64,000 nucleotides of DNA, taken from contig NC_090399.1 in NCBI RefSeq assembly GCF_036365525.1, positions 13,515,558 to 13,579,557 on the forward strand, given 5' to 3'. Made by a program: the position numbers and the translations under genes. The notes under the pieces were generated by a model. The model had not been told where the DNA came from. It saw nothing but the letters and a program-made list of their open reading frames with translations, and searched no databases. Origin of the DNA: Heterodontus francisci (taxonomy: Eukaryota). Positions 20,831 to 32,129 of this stretch are shown here, piece by piece (within the stretch, counting starts at the first letter, position 1; the number at the start of each line of letters is the position of its first letter).

Positions 20831-22218
20831 GCGTTGATGTTCACTGGAACAATGCAGCAATTCCAGGACAGAGATGTGAGCATGAGAGCAGGGGGGAGTG
20901 TTGAAATGGCAAGCAACCGGAAGCTCAGGGTCCTGCTTGCAGACTGAGCGGAGATGTTCCGCAAAGCGGTCACCCAGTCTGCGCTTGGTCTCCCCAATGT
21001 AGAGGAGACCACACTGTGAGCAGCGAATACAGTATACTACATTGAAAGAAGTACAAGTAAATCGCTGCTTCACCTGAAAGGAGTGTTTGGGGCCTGGGAT
21101 AGTGAGGAGAGAGGAGTTAAATGGGCAGGTATTACACCTCCTGCGATTGCAAGGGAAGGTGCCCTGGGACGGGGACGAGGTGGTGGGGGTAATGGAGGAG
21201 TGGACCAGGGTGTCGCGGAGGGAACGATCCCTTCGGAATGCTGACAGGGGAAGGGAGGGGAAGATGCGACTGGTAGTGGCATCACGCTGGAGGTGGCGAA
21301 AATGGCGGAGGATGATACCTGCCCATTTACCTCCTGTCTCCTCACTATCCCAGGCCCCAAACACTCCTTTCAGGTGAAGCAGCGATTTACTTGTACTTCT
21401 TTCAATGTAGTATACTGTATTCGCTGCTCACAGTGTGGTCTCCTCTACATTGGGGAGACCAAGCGCAGACTGGGTGACCGCTTTGCGGAACATCTCCGCT
21501 CAGTCTGCAAGCAGGACCCTGAGCTTCCGGTTGCTTGCCATTTCAACACTCCCCCCTGCTCTCATGCTCACATCTCTGTCCTGGAATTGCTGCATTGTTC
21601 CAGTGAACATCAACGCAAGCTCGAGGAACAGCATCTCATCTACCGATTAGGCACACTACAGCCTGCCGGACTGAACATTGAGTTCAATAATTTCAGAGCA
21701 TGACAGCCCCCCACTTTACTTTCATTTTTAGTCATTTTTAGTTATTTTTTCTTCCTTTTTTTTTTACATTCCTTTTTACATTTTTTACAATCTTTTTTTG
21801 CATTTATTTCATTTCATCTTAGTTTGTTCAGTTTGCTTACCCACTGTTTTTTTCAGGTTTTTTTTTCTTCAGGTTTGCACTTGCTGCTGTTCAATATTCA
21901 GTATATTCACACCTAATCTGTACTAATGCTTTGTCTTTCAACACACCATTAACATATTGTTTGCCTTTGCTCCGTGACCTTTTGGTCAGCTATGTGGCCT
22001 AGTCCAATCTGCACCTTCTCCTTTGTTATCTCTCGCCCAACCCCCACCTCACTTGTTTATAATCTGTGACTTTTCTAATATTTGTCAGTTCCGAAGAAGG
22101 GTCACTGACCCGAAACGTTAACTCTGCTTCTCTTTCCACAGATGCTGCCAGACCTGCTGAGTGATTCCAGCATTTCTTGTTTTTGTTTCAGATTTCCAGC
22201 ATCCGCAGTATTTTGCTT
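20831..22218. mobile_element. Duplicated Penelope palindrome with a truncated left arm (hammerhead motif at ~22085-22126)
   Basis: GIY-YIG ORFs at 20828-21364 (-) and 21293-21703 (+). Confidence 0.9.
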
Positions 22219-25200
22219 TTAATTATAATTCTTTCTCATTTTGAGCCCTGGAGAACCTTTACAATTAATATTCATAATTCCTTAAAACAGAAATCAAACA
22301 TTTCCATTTGATTCCAGACATTAGTGTATATTGTTTATGTTTTTTTTTTACCTTAGATGACATTTTAATTCCTTAAATAACTTGCCAAATTAAACTGGAT
22401 TTTTGACATCTCAGATTATTCCAAATTCAAATAACAGTAAATTTCCCTTTGAATGCTTTGAATAACCACTCATATCAATTTAATTTTGTTTATCGATTCC
22501 AATTTCTTATGCCCAGACTTGGTTGTACTTTTTGTACGTTAAGGACAGAAGTGCTTGCAACTATCTCTCCTTCTCAAGCACTTTGTCTCATTGATAAGGA
22601 TGGTTGCAGCAGGGTTAATTTCTTGCTTGTCTCCAAGGGGGCGGAGCAAAGCATTCTCCGCTGCGTTGCTTTACGTAACCTTTTTTTTATCGAAAAGAAC
22701 TAAACTCCATTTTAAATGGTTTTTGGTATCCTTAGGATTTTCAAACAACGAAATCTTTAATAACATTATCAACTTCAAGAAAGGATTATCAACTCCATCA
22801 GGAAAGACAGCATTTTAGATTAAACTCCAATTGTTTCCAAACTTATTTTTTCATCTTTTATAAGAGGTTTCTAATCCAAGGATCATTTTTTTTTTAACAA
22901 AGATGATTCCAAATTCCAATTCACTGCAATAATATTTAAAATCAAAACTGCCAATATTATATGAGTGAGTCCTCTGTCCGGAACCGAAGACTCCTCCAAA
23001 ACATGACATAATAAACTTGAAAGTTCATTGTGGCAACAAATGAAATTTCCAGTTCTTCAACTTAAACAGGTCAATTAACCTTAATAGTATTAATTCAATT
23101 CAGACTTATTAACTTATACTACTTATTAACTACACACAGAACAGAATAGCACGTGCTTATTTTAAAAGATAGGTAAATTACGTCATTTTCTTGTTCTTCA
23201 GGCACCTTTCAAATGACTGTAATAAAACCAAAAACTAAAGAAAAAGTTATTTAACATTCTTAACACAAAATATTTAACACCAGCTTCTTAAACAAACTTT
23301 AAACAGACAGAATCTTTCCTATATCTCCTTTGTTTATCCTTCTCTCCCTTAAACCAATATTCAATTCCTGACATTTGCTACTTAAAACAGTCAGTAAAAC
23401 ATGTCTTTAATTTAAACTCCAAAGAAAAACTAGAACAGATTTTAGACTGGAATTCCAATTGAAGCAGGAGTGGTACACTTCAAATTGGATTTCTGCCAAA
23501 CATCTTCAGACCTTCAAGGCTGAAGCTTATCTCTTACAAAATTGTTCCTTGCCTTTTCACAGTTGCAAAACCAGCTTTTAAAATCAAAATAAATTTTTTA
23601 ACTTAAAATATAATTCAATTTTATGTCCCATTCCTGGGTGCACAACACTAAATCGAAATGAACACACTCAACAATCACTTTTCACACTCATTCAATTCCA
23701 AACAACTTCAAAAATTGATTTCTGTAATGGGTTACGAATTCAAAATACCAAATCTCTTTCAAAATTCCCTGTCCCGATGTCAAGGAACACACACAGGTTC
23801 AACTAATTCACATCCAAAACATGACTCAAGGTTCCCACAAAATATACACTTGTAAAAATAGAAAAAGTAACAGACTCATTCTCTCATCATTAAGGCCAGA
23901 CAACAAAGAGTTAATGACAGTCAGTTTTACAGAACACAAGCTCTACAGAACACAAGTTGTCCATCGCAGACATTCAATTCATTCGCGGAAGCTTCCAACA
24001 TTCTCACATTCAAATCAAAGACACAGTAACTTGTAAGGGGGCAACCCTTCCTCCTTATAAGCCGTCAAGCCCATTCTTCCTTCTACTTTCTCAAACCCTA
24101 GCTCTTTTCTATGAATCAAGCAGCATTAAAACGAAAGAAAACAAACAAGACACAAGAAAACGAATAGACACAGTAACAGAAACAAAGGACGAACCACACA
24201 CAAGGAGACGAACAGGCGCAGTCAATGTTGGGATCAACAGACTTTTTAGAGTCTTTTGGTTTCCCCCTTCACTAATCGGTATTCCTAATTTAAGGGCGTT
24301 TTCTTGCCAACTTGATAGGAGGATTCTATTTTTTTTTCTCCTGACAATATTGTCTCCATAATCCAATTAATTCTTTGGCCCTATTGCCTTTATTTTGTTT
24401 CCAGATTTTTTCTTGGGGTTTTTTTTTAAAATTACTTACAAGTCTTTTGTCCCCCTTAAGGGCCATTGGCCTCCTAATTTCTTATTTAAGGCTGCCGATA
24501 ATTGTCTGAAGTCTTTCCCTTTATCCGGATATTTATCACACAGTACTTGTAATGGATAGGATGGATCACTTGTATTATCTAAACAGTTTCCCATATTCAC
24601 AACTATTATCACAAACTATAATTACAACTATTATTACAAACTATTATTACTTACAAATTATCTAAACAGTTACTCACAATAAAAAATAAAACCTTAATCT
24701 CAGTCGTTCTAAAACAGCCTCGCATAACCTTCAGTCACGACCTACTTTAACCTTCAGTCGTAGTCAATACGACCTACTTTAATTCTACCTCAGTCCCCAT
24801 CAGCCGTCCTCTAAAGAAACAGACTAAACCTGAGTGTCAGCCGTTCTAAAACGACACTGACTTTAATCAACCTTCAGTCGTAGCTTAATACAACCTACTT
24901 TAAGCTTAACCTCAGTCGTACCTACTTCGACTGACCCTTATCTTTTCTAATCCGCCAGACTGATCATTGATCTCGTCCAGACGAGTGGTCAAACTTTTAT
25001 CGGACTACGAGACAGGGGAAAACCGGCGTGGTCACACATCAACTACTCACGTCAGGGGCCCATTTCCTCTCTCTCCGTCCTCTACTAGTCTGATTCTGAT
25101 TTCGCTGATGATCGGCGGTCGTCTGTTGAGATCCCACTCCTGACACCAAAATGTAAATCTGAGTTCTTTTTGCCTTCAGTCTGGTTCAGTAAATATACCG

Positions 25201-25933
25201 AGTCGGATGTGTAGGTAAAATCAATTACTTTATTTGCGCATTTAGCCGGCTGACTTACTCTAATACAACGACACTGACTCCACCCAGAGTCTGTCTGGTC
25301 CACCAGAGTAAGTGTTGTTCGTGATACAGATACTACTGTTTATACATTAAGATTCATGCTACACCCCCTTGTTTAACCAATCAGTGCAGTACAATTTAAA
25401 TTTCAACCAGGTGATAACGTGGAGTACATTTGTTACTGAGGTTAACAATACCCTCTATTCTCAATACATACTTGTTACTAACATGATATTGTTTTGCATC
25501 AGCAAGATAAAAGAAAACAGACAAGAAAGATAATTAGCAAAAGCAGAGGTATGAGAAACAACATTCTGGTTTCGCTTCCCACAATTGTCATGAGTCCTGT
25601 GATCCTGTTATCTTTATCAAGTTGCAGCCTGCAGTAACACCAAGCAGTAGTCGTATCATATACGAGGGGCCCTATATTCCTTATCATCACTCACACAGGG
25701 ATGGACAGCATGTTTCACAGGAGTCCATTTGTTTCAAACCACAGGGAGTCACACAATCAGGCCATAAAAGAACCGATGTCGGCTAGTCTTTACAATCTCA
25801 CACTCTGCCTTTACTTTTAACTATTTCATTGTGGTTTCTGCCACTTAAAATCAAAGCTTAGCAAAGCTACTATTCCTAACTTGGCTATATTTCCCATTAA
25901 GCTTAGGGCCATGCCTTTCTGCTCACTTCCACA
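22219..25933 (-). mobile_element. Duplicated 5' part of the ERV-like element (gag-MA remnant, PBS-Leu 25131-25148, LTR 25152-25933)
   Basis: Copy of 15427-19141 at +6792. Confidence 0.88.
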
Positions 25934-26059
25934 TTACTAGTTCAGTGATATTACCTGCACCAAAGGAGGGGTCGGCACTGATCCAGCCTCCCCTCCCAGG
26001 TGTCTCCATTGCGTCCGTCCCGAGTCTTTAAATAGAAATGTAGCTGCGGCTTTCGCATC

Positions 26060-26566
26060 ATGGGATCAGCTTGCCTCAGACGAGTCGCAATGCCCCGGTT
26101 ACCCCGAGCCCCCGCCGGCAATGCCCCGCGGAAGAAGCAGCAGCAGCAGCGGAAACTCCGCCCTTACCGGCGCCAGCGGAAGAAATACGTGCGGATCTCG
26201 CAGCTGATCCTGCAGGCGCTGTCGGCCCGCAAGCAGCGGGGCGGCCTCTCGCTGGCCTCCCTCCGGAAGGCGCTGCTGGCCAGCGGCTACGACGCGGAGA
26301 GTAACATGAACCGGGTCCAGCTGGCCATCAAGAGCCTGGTGAGCAGCGGCACCCTGGTGCAGACCAAGGCCACCGGCTCCTTCAAGCTCAGCGAGAGGCA
26401 GGAGCAGCTGTCGGCGGAGAGCGGGCGGGCCGAGCTCCCGGCCAAGGAGGAAGGGCCGGCGCCCGCCGCCGCCGCCGCCAGCACCGGAGAGGAGGCGAAC
26501 GCCGGCAAGAAGCCCAGGAAAAGACGCGCCGAGGGGAAGGCGAAACCGAGAAAGCCCAAGAAGTGA
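26060..26566 (+). CDS. H1: Divergent H1-like protein, copy 2 (identical protein)
   Basis: Same ORF as 19268-19774, with a stem-loop at 26612-26627. Confidence 0.88.
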   Translation: MGSACLRRVAMPRLPRAPAGNAPRKKQQQQRKLRPYRRQRKKYVRISQLILQALSARKQRGGLSLASLRKALLASGYDAESNMNRVQLAIKSLVSSGTLVQTKATGSFKLSERQEQLSAESGRAELPAKEEGPAPAAAAASTGEEANAGKKPRKRRAEGKAKPRKPKK

Positions 26567-26611
26567 TCTGGGAGGAAACCGACGAATCTTAGGCAATTTC
26601 TGAACACAAAA

Positions 26612-26627
26612 GGCTCTTTTGAGAGCC
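26612..26627 (+). terminator. Histone 3' stem-loop
   Basis: GGCTCTTTTGAGAGCC. Confidence 0.88.
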
Positions 26628-28128
26628 ACAAAAACCCCAAAAGCGCTGAGCCAGCTTTTTTCTCTCTCCAATCCACATAAATAAATAAAAGAGAGGAAAA
26701 TTCAGGTTTAATTAATGCTGACTACACAGCCGTGCTGTGTATAACATCAGGGAATCAATTTACAGTTTTCTGGTCCAGAAAGAAAATGAATGTTTTGCTC
26801 AGAGTAAATGAGAAACTGTTTCCAGCAGCGGGAGGGTCGGTAACAAAAAGATTTAAGATAAATTAGATTAACCAGATTCAACACAGCGAGTTGCTATGAT
26901 CTGGAATGCGCTGCTTGAAAAGGGAGATAGAAATAGCTTCAATCTGAAAAGGGCATTGGAAAAATACATGAGGGAAATGTTGTAGGGGGTTAATTATATA
27001 GTTCTTTCAGAGGTCGAATGCTGTATCATTCTATGACTAATTCCACTAAAACTATGTTCATAGTTGTCTTATCTCCTCAAAACACTGTTCTGTAAGTGAC
27101 CATTCATCCTCTGACTTCGCCACACAGTTTCCCGCGACAGCAACAGCCTCCTTCACTTCTCATAACCAGATTCATCCTTTTTGTTTCATTCGAAGCTCAC
27201 ACAACTTCCCTTGGTGTAGTATCAGGAATGACGGAACTTTGACCTCTTGATCGAACTGTAAATCCACCTTTCAGTTCGGAGGACTTGACGCCGCTCACAA
27301 GTGTGAACCAGTGGCACATGCTGTGCCTTTACGGGGTGACCCCATAGTTTAGACATTAGACGGAGTAAGTCAGTAACTGTTATATTTATGGAAGAATACA
27401 AATAAGGCTTGGCACTGCACCAGCCTGAGAATGACAGCCGACAATTCAAAGCAATCCTTCATCGGTTGCCATTCTTGACCTGACGGTTTCCACTGGTCTC
27501 AGATCGCCAACATCTGCATTGTCAAAGCCACCTTCCAGATGTTTGGCCGGTCATCACAGCCCCGGGATGTTATTGCAGGGAGATGACTCACCCCCTTCCC
27601 AACTCGCCCAAAGCCCTCTTCAGCAGAGTTTATCATAGACCCCCCCCCCCCCCCCCCCTTCCCTCCAGGTCCAGGTCGAGTTTGAGGCTCTTCAGGCTCC
27701 CAGTCCATTACACAAGTGAAGTCCTCCAGCGGGGAATCTGGATTAACACCCAAAGGGTTTGGCGCTGACGAACTTAGCCTGCGGGAACTGTAAATTCCCG
27801 CATAAACAAAATAAAAAGGAGGAACATCTCGGGGGTGCTGGGAATACAAGAGGAAAAAGTCGGGGGAAACACTCGGGAGCCTCGGTGGAGAGAGAGAGGG
27901 AGAGAGGTGATAACTAAAACGTTTTCCGCTGGATGACTGCTCATCAGAACCAGAAGAAAATAAATGTCAAGCAACCGAATTCCAGCGAGGAAGCGAAATA
28001 TTTGCATCGGTCCCACTGGATATTTAAAAATGAAATCCCAAGTAAAATAACTATGGCCATTGTGGAATATAAGTATTGGCAATTGAGTGTAAATGGCGAC
28101 CAGCTCAGTTTATTAGGTGAAGTTTGGT

Positions 28129-28144
28129 GGCTCTGAAAAGAGCC
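28129..28144 (-). terminator. Histone 3' stem-loop
   Basis: Plus-strand GGCTCTGAAAAGAGCC equals minus-strand GGCTCTTTTCAGAGCC, followed by ACCA. Confidence 0.92.
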
Positions 28145-28214
28145 GTTATATATATATATATACATAAGAGTGAAATTGTTTTGCTCGCCCGGGGTGATTT
28201 CTCGGGCAGTTTCC

Positions 28215-29054
28215 TTACCGCGCCCTGACATTAACCTTAACCTTCTTGGATCGCCCGATGGGCCGCTTGACTTTGGTGGCCAGCGACCGCCCCCGGTGGA
28301 TGTTGCCCGCCGCCCTCCTGTTGCCTCGGACCGGCTTGTATTTGCGGTGGAGGCGGGCCGGCTTGCCCCGGGCGCCCGGGGACTTGAGGCGGACCCGGAC
28401 GCTCTTGGCCGGGCCCCGGCGGGCGGCGAAGCGCGGCTTGCGGCGAACCCGCGCCCCTTTCTTGGGCTTGGCGGCCGCCGCCGCCGCCGTGGCCGCCTTG
28501 CGCCCGGCGCCTCTCTTCTTGGAGCGGGGCGACCTCTTGGGAGGGAGCGGCCGGCGGGCGACCATCTTCCTCCTGGCCGCCTCCCTCCTCTCCTTCCTGG
28601 GGGCGGCCCCCACGGCGCCGGAGCGGTTGAAGCGGAAGGAGCCCGAGGCTCCGACGCCGGCGGTCTGCACCAGCGAGCCGTTCCGCACCAGCTGCTTGAC
28701 CGTGCGGTTGACCCGCGTGTTGTTGCGGCTCACGTCGTAGCCCTTGGCCGACAGAGCCTTCTTGAGGGCGGCCAGCGAGATGCCGCGCCGCTCCTTGGTG
28801 GCCGCCGCCACCTGCAGGATGCGCTGGGTGACGGTGGGGCCCTGCTTCTTGCGGCGCTGCGGCTGCGGACTCTGCTGCTGCTGTTGCTGCTGGTTCTGCT
28901 GCTGCTGCTGCTTCTTCTTCTTCTTGGCCGCCCCCTTCTCGGGGGTCGATCGACCCTGGGGCGGGGTGGCCCCACCTCCGCCTCCTCCTCCCACTCCGCC
29001 TCCACCGCCACATGAGTCTCCAGCATTATCTCCCTTATGGCTGTTATCAGCCAT
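28215..29054 (-). CDS. H1: Arginine-rich H1-related protamine-like (PL-I-type) protein, 279 aa
   Basis: GPTVTQRILQVAAATKERRGISLAALKKALSAKGYDVSRNNTRV..LVRNGSLVQTAGVGASGSFRFN. Poly-G/poly-Q N-terminus and a tail with R>K. TATAAAA at 29169-29175 (-) and a stem-loop. Confidence 0.92.
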   Translation of the reverse strand: MADNSHKGDNAGDSCGGGGGVGGGGGGGATPPQGRSTPEKGAAKKKKKQQQQQNQQQQQQQSPQPQRRKKQGPTVTQRILQVAAATKERRGISLAALKKALSAKGYDVSRNNTRVNRTVKQLVRNGSLVQTAGVGASGSFRFNRSGAVGAAPRKERREAARRKMVARRPLPPKRSPRSKKRGAGRKAATAAAAAAKPKKGARVRRKPRFAARRGPAKSVRVRLKSPGARGKPARLHRKYKPVRGNRRAAGNIHRGRSLATKVKRPIGRSKKVKVNVRAR

Positions 29055-29164
29055 TCTCTGGTGCGGTGGCTCCTTTCACTCTATTTTATTTATTTCTCTC
29101 CCTCTCTCCCGGTGTCTCAGACTCGCAACCAAGCTGAAACTAAAGAGGCTGCGACCCGGAGCAG

Positions 29165-29260
29165 CCGCTTTTATAGCGCAGGGGCGGACGGAGTGGAGCG
29201 AACTCCCGCCTCCTCTACCATCTCCCTCCCTCCCCACCGCCCCCGCCCCTCCACCCAACC
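29165..29260 (-). promoter_or_regulatory. TATA box plus GC boxes of the 279-aa H1-like gene
   Basis: TATAAAA (29169-29175, minus) with GGGCGG / GGGGCGGGG elements upstream. Confidence 0.65.
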
Positions 29261-31084
29261 CCCTTTCCTTTTCTCAACCTCTTTTCTATGCTTCTCCCTC
29301 CCTCTCACTAAACCCCCTCATTCCCGCACCGCCCTCCCTCCCTCCTCGGGCCGTCCCCACCAGGAATTTGCACGGGCGGAGCCAAAAGCCCACCCGGTCT
29401 CTCTCCCCGTGTTTTGCCCCTTCCCCTCGGGACAGCAAGGAGCGAACCCACCCCCCACCCCTACCCCCCCCCCCCCCCCCCCCAATTCTTCGAAAGTGGG
29501 AAGTTTCCACCGAAGCGGGGTTGCTTCAGGCAGAAGTTCCCGAAAGGAAACCTTACCCTGCAGTTTGCGTGGCTTTTAAAACGCCTTCGTAAGTGAGGCC
29601 ACGGTAACACAGGTCATCCAGGAAGTGGGGAACACAAATTCAGTTCTGTTAAACCGAAAGGGATGGCTTGTCTGAGTTAGGGCTTGTCTGAGTTAGTGTT
29701 TCTGATCCCACCAACGGAAAGAACTGTTTTGAGATCTAGTGGCCTTTCAGCTTTTCCTAGAAAAACACTGGGTAAACATAAAATGCTGATTTTGTTTTGA
29801 CTTTTGTTTGAAATACTCTTCTATAACTAACAATCGTGAAGTGGAGAAGGAAACTCGAGTGACTTTCTAATTCAGAATTAATGTAAATCATTTCCGTTGT
29901 GAATATCGTTGTCTACGCCCCTTTTCGACATGTTAACTCTCACCTACAGCTAGAAATATCTATCGGCTGGAGAGTTCTGGTAATCCTGCTGTCGGTGAAT
30001 AAGGAACATAAAATCGTTATCAAACGTATAATATTGCAGTGGCGGATCCAACAGGTGGAATTTCCTGCGGTGAGGATATTGCAGAGCACATATAATTATC
30101 TACTGCAGCCAAACATATTTCTAGTCTCCTGGCTGCATCTTATTTCTGGAATTTGGCATGACAATAACTTAGATTCCTCCACTTACCTTTCTGACTAATA
30201 ATTATCTGCAGGTTCTTGATTAAGCGGGATCCCGTGGGTTATCCAGTTGATTAACATATGGAAAATCATCACTGTTTCAAACCCTCAAAGCCAACCTGCT
30301 AACAAATCTCGGATTCTGTCTTTAAGTCTAAGTACAACGATCTTTGACAGTCAGCCCTGTAGCGTGGAGGTAATGAGATCGCAGAGGGCGTATTTTGAAC
30401 CAAACCTCCCGATAGGAAACTGACGGGATCGGATCTAACCCTATTTTTCACACATCGCCCGATTTTACTCTCGACTGAAGTTAATGAAATCACATTTTTA
30501 ACTCTGTGGTTCTTACTTAGGTTTTAGCAGACCGACAAGGTTGGCCTGAAAGAAAAGTTTTGGCGCATTGCAAAATAACTGGACGTGCATCGCAATAAAA
30601 CTCAGGGTTACATCTTCCAGGCATATTATACATGTTGCAGATGCACATCGACTAAGAGTTGTGCTGCACATGTCTTGACAACCTGAGATGTTCAAGGTTC
30701 CTTAAACATTTACTCCCTACCGTCATTTTGCCATCAACAGTCCTGCAATTCACTTTGTATCGGTTTTGTCCGTTCTCAGCAGTGCTGGACACCACATTAA
30801 ATGGGGTTACCTTCAATCTATGAATTACAAGGCCGAATTGTGTTATTGTGCCATTAGTTAGCAGGGAATCTAAACGGTGCATCATTTCCATGAAAAAAAA
30901 AATTGGATACGTTAGCCGTTTTAGTTTGCAGCAGATAGCCAGATACACACTTCATATTCCAGTCCTTTATTAATCTGACAGATAAAATAATGCAATTCTC
31001 AATCAATGGTTCCTTTATGAGATCGCGGAGTCATTTGCCACATTCACGTTTAGCTCGATTTGGGTCCAATTTGATGTGCACAGA

Positions 31085-31310
31085 AATCGTGAGTCCTTAC
31101 GATCCGGAACGCAATGCCTGAAAGGGCGTTGGAGGCAGATTCAACCGTAACTGTCAGAAGAGAATTGGGATAAGCACCTGAAGAGACAAAATATGCAGGG
31201 ATACAGGAAAAGGGTGGGGAAACGGGACTAGCTGCATTGCTGTTGCAGAGAGTCGGCACGGACATGAAAGGCTGAAGGGCCTCCTTCTGTGCAGTATCCA
31301 TTCTAAGATT
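31085..31310 (+). mobile_element. CR1 LINE 3' end
   Basis: CR1 3' UTR hairpin (GGCACGGAC..GGGCCTCCTTCTGTGC) leading into ATTCTATG tail repeats. Confidence 0.7.
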
Positions 31311-31978
31311 TTATTCTATGATTCTCTGATTTTACCGTGATTCTATTCTATTAAACTATGATGCTGTTCCATCATTCTATGATTCTACGATTTTATCCTA
31401 TGATGCTGTTCCATCATTCTGTGATTCTACGATTTTATCCTATGATTCTGTTCTGTTATTCTATGATTCTGTAATTCTATTCTATGTTTTGTTCTATTAT
31501 TCTATGATTCTGTGATTTTTATCCTATGATTCTGTTCTGTTATTCTATGATTCTGTAATTCTATTCCATGTTTTGTCCTATTATTCTATGATTCTGTGAT
31601 TTTTATCCTATGATTCTGTTCTGTTATTCTATGATTCTGTAATTCTATTCTATGTTTTGTTCTATTATTCTATGATGCTGTGATTTTATCCTATGATTCT
31701 GTTCTGTTATTCTATGATTCTGTAATTCTATTCCATGTTTTGTCCTATTATTCTATGATTCTGTGATTTTTATCCTATGATTCTGTTCTGTTATTCTATG
31801 ATTCTGTAATTCTATTCCATGTTTTGTCCTATTATTCTATGATTCTGTGATTTTTATCCTATGATTCTGTTCTGTTATTCTATGATTCTGTAATTCTATT
31901 CTATGTTTTGTTCTATTATTCTATGATGCTGTGATTTTATCCTATGATTCTGTTCTGTTATGCTATGATTTTGTGATT
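31311..31978 (+). repeat. Minisatellite built from CR1 ATTCTRTG tail octamers, 83-84 bp unit
   Basis: GATTCTGTTCTGTTA recurs at 31444, 31528, 31612, 31695, 31779, 31863 and 31946. Confidence 0.9.
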
Positions 31979-32019
31979 TCAGGATGAGTGATGTGCGGGA
32001 ACTATGTCCTATTTTGGGC

Positions 32020-32090
32020 CGGGAAGGGGGCGGGGCCTAGCGGCAGGTTGTCTCTCCCTCGCCCGCTTTCCGCCTTGATATAAAGCGCCG
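32020..32090 (+). promoter_or_regulatory. GC box and TATA box of the 201-aa H1-like gene
   Basis: GGGGGCGGGG at 32026-32035 and TATAAA at 32079-32084. Confidence 0.7.
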
Positions 32091-32129
32091 CCGCCGCGCC
32101 TCCGCTACATCTCCCGGTGACCGAGCGCA

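Larger units (their letters stand above)
14039..27624 (+). repeat. Tandem segmental duplication, 6792-bp unit (14039-20832 and 20831-27624)
   Basis: ORFs recur at an exact +6792 offset (e.g. 19268 to 26060). 2-bp GC microhomology at the junction, and only a handful of visible differences. Confidence 0.95.

Noticed and set aside
28170-29592. Long antisense and alternate-frame ORFs over the histone genes (also 1190-1812, 2878-3599, 19307-19884, 32208-32855, 56671-57044)
   Set aside because: Expected shadows of GC3-rich histone coding sequence, with no independent promoter, 3' signal or domain.
29600-31050. Unique-looking intergenic DNA with several short ORFs
   Set aside because: No recognisable domain, codon bias or splice structure, so no call can be supported.
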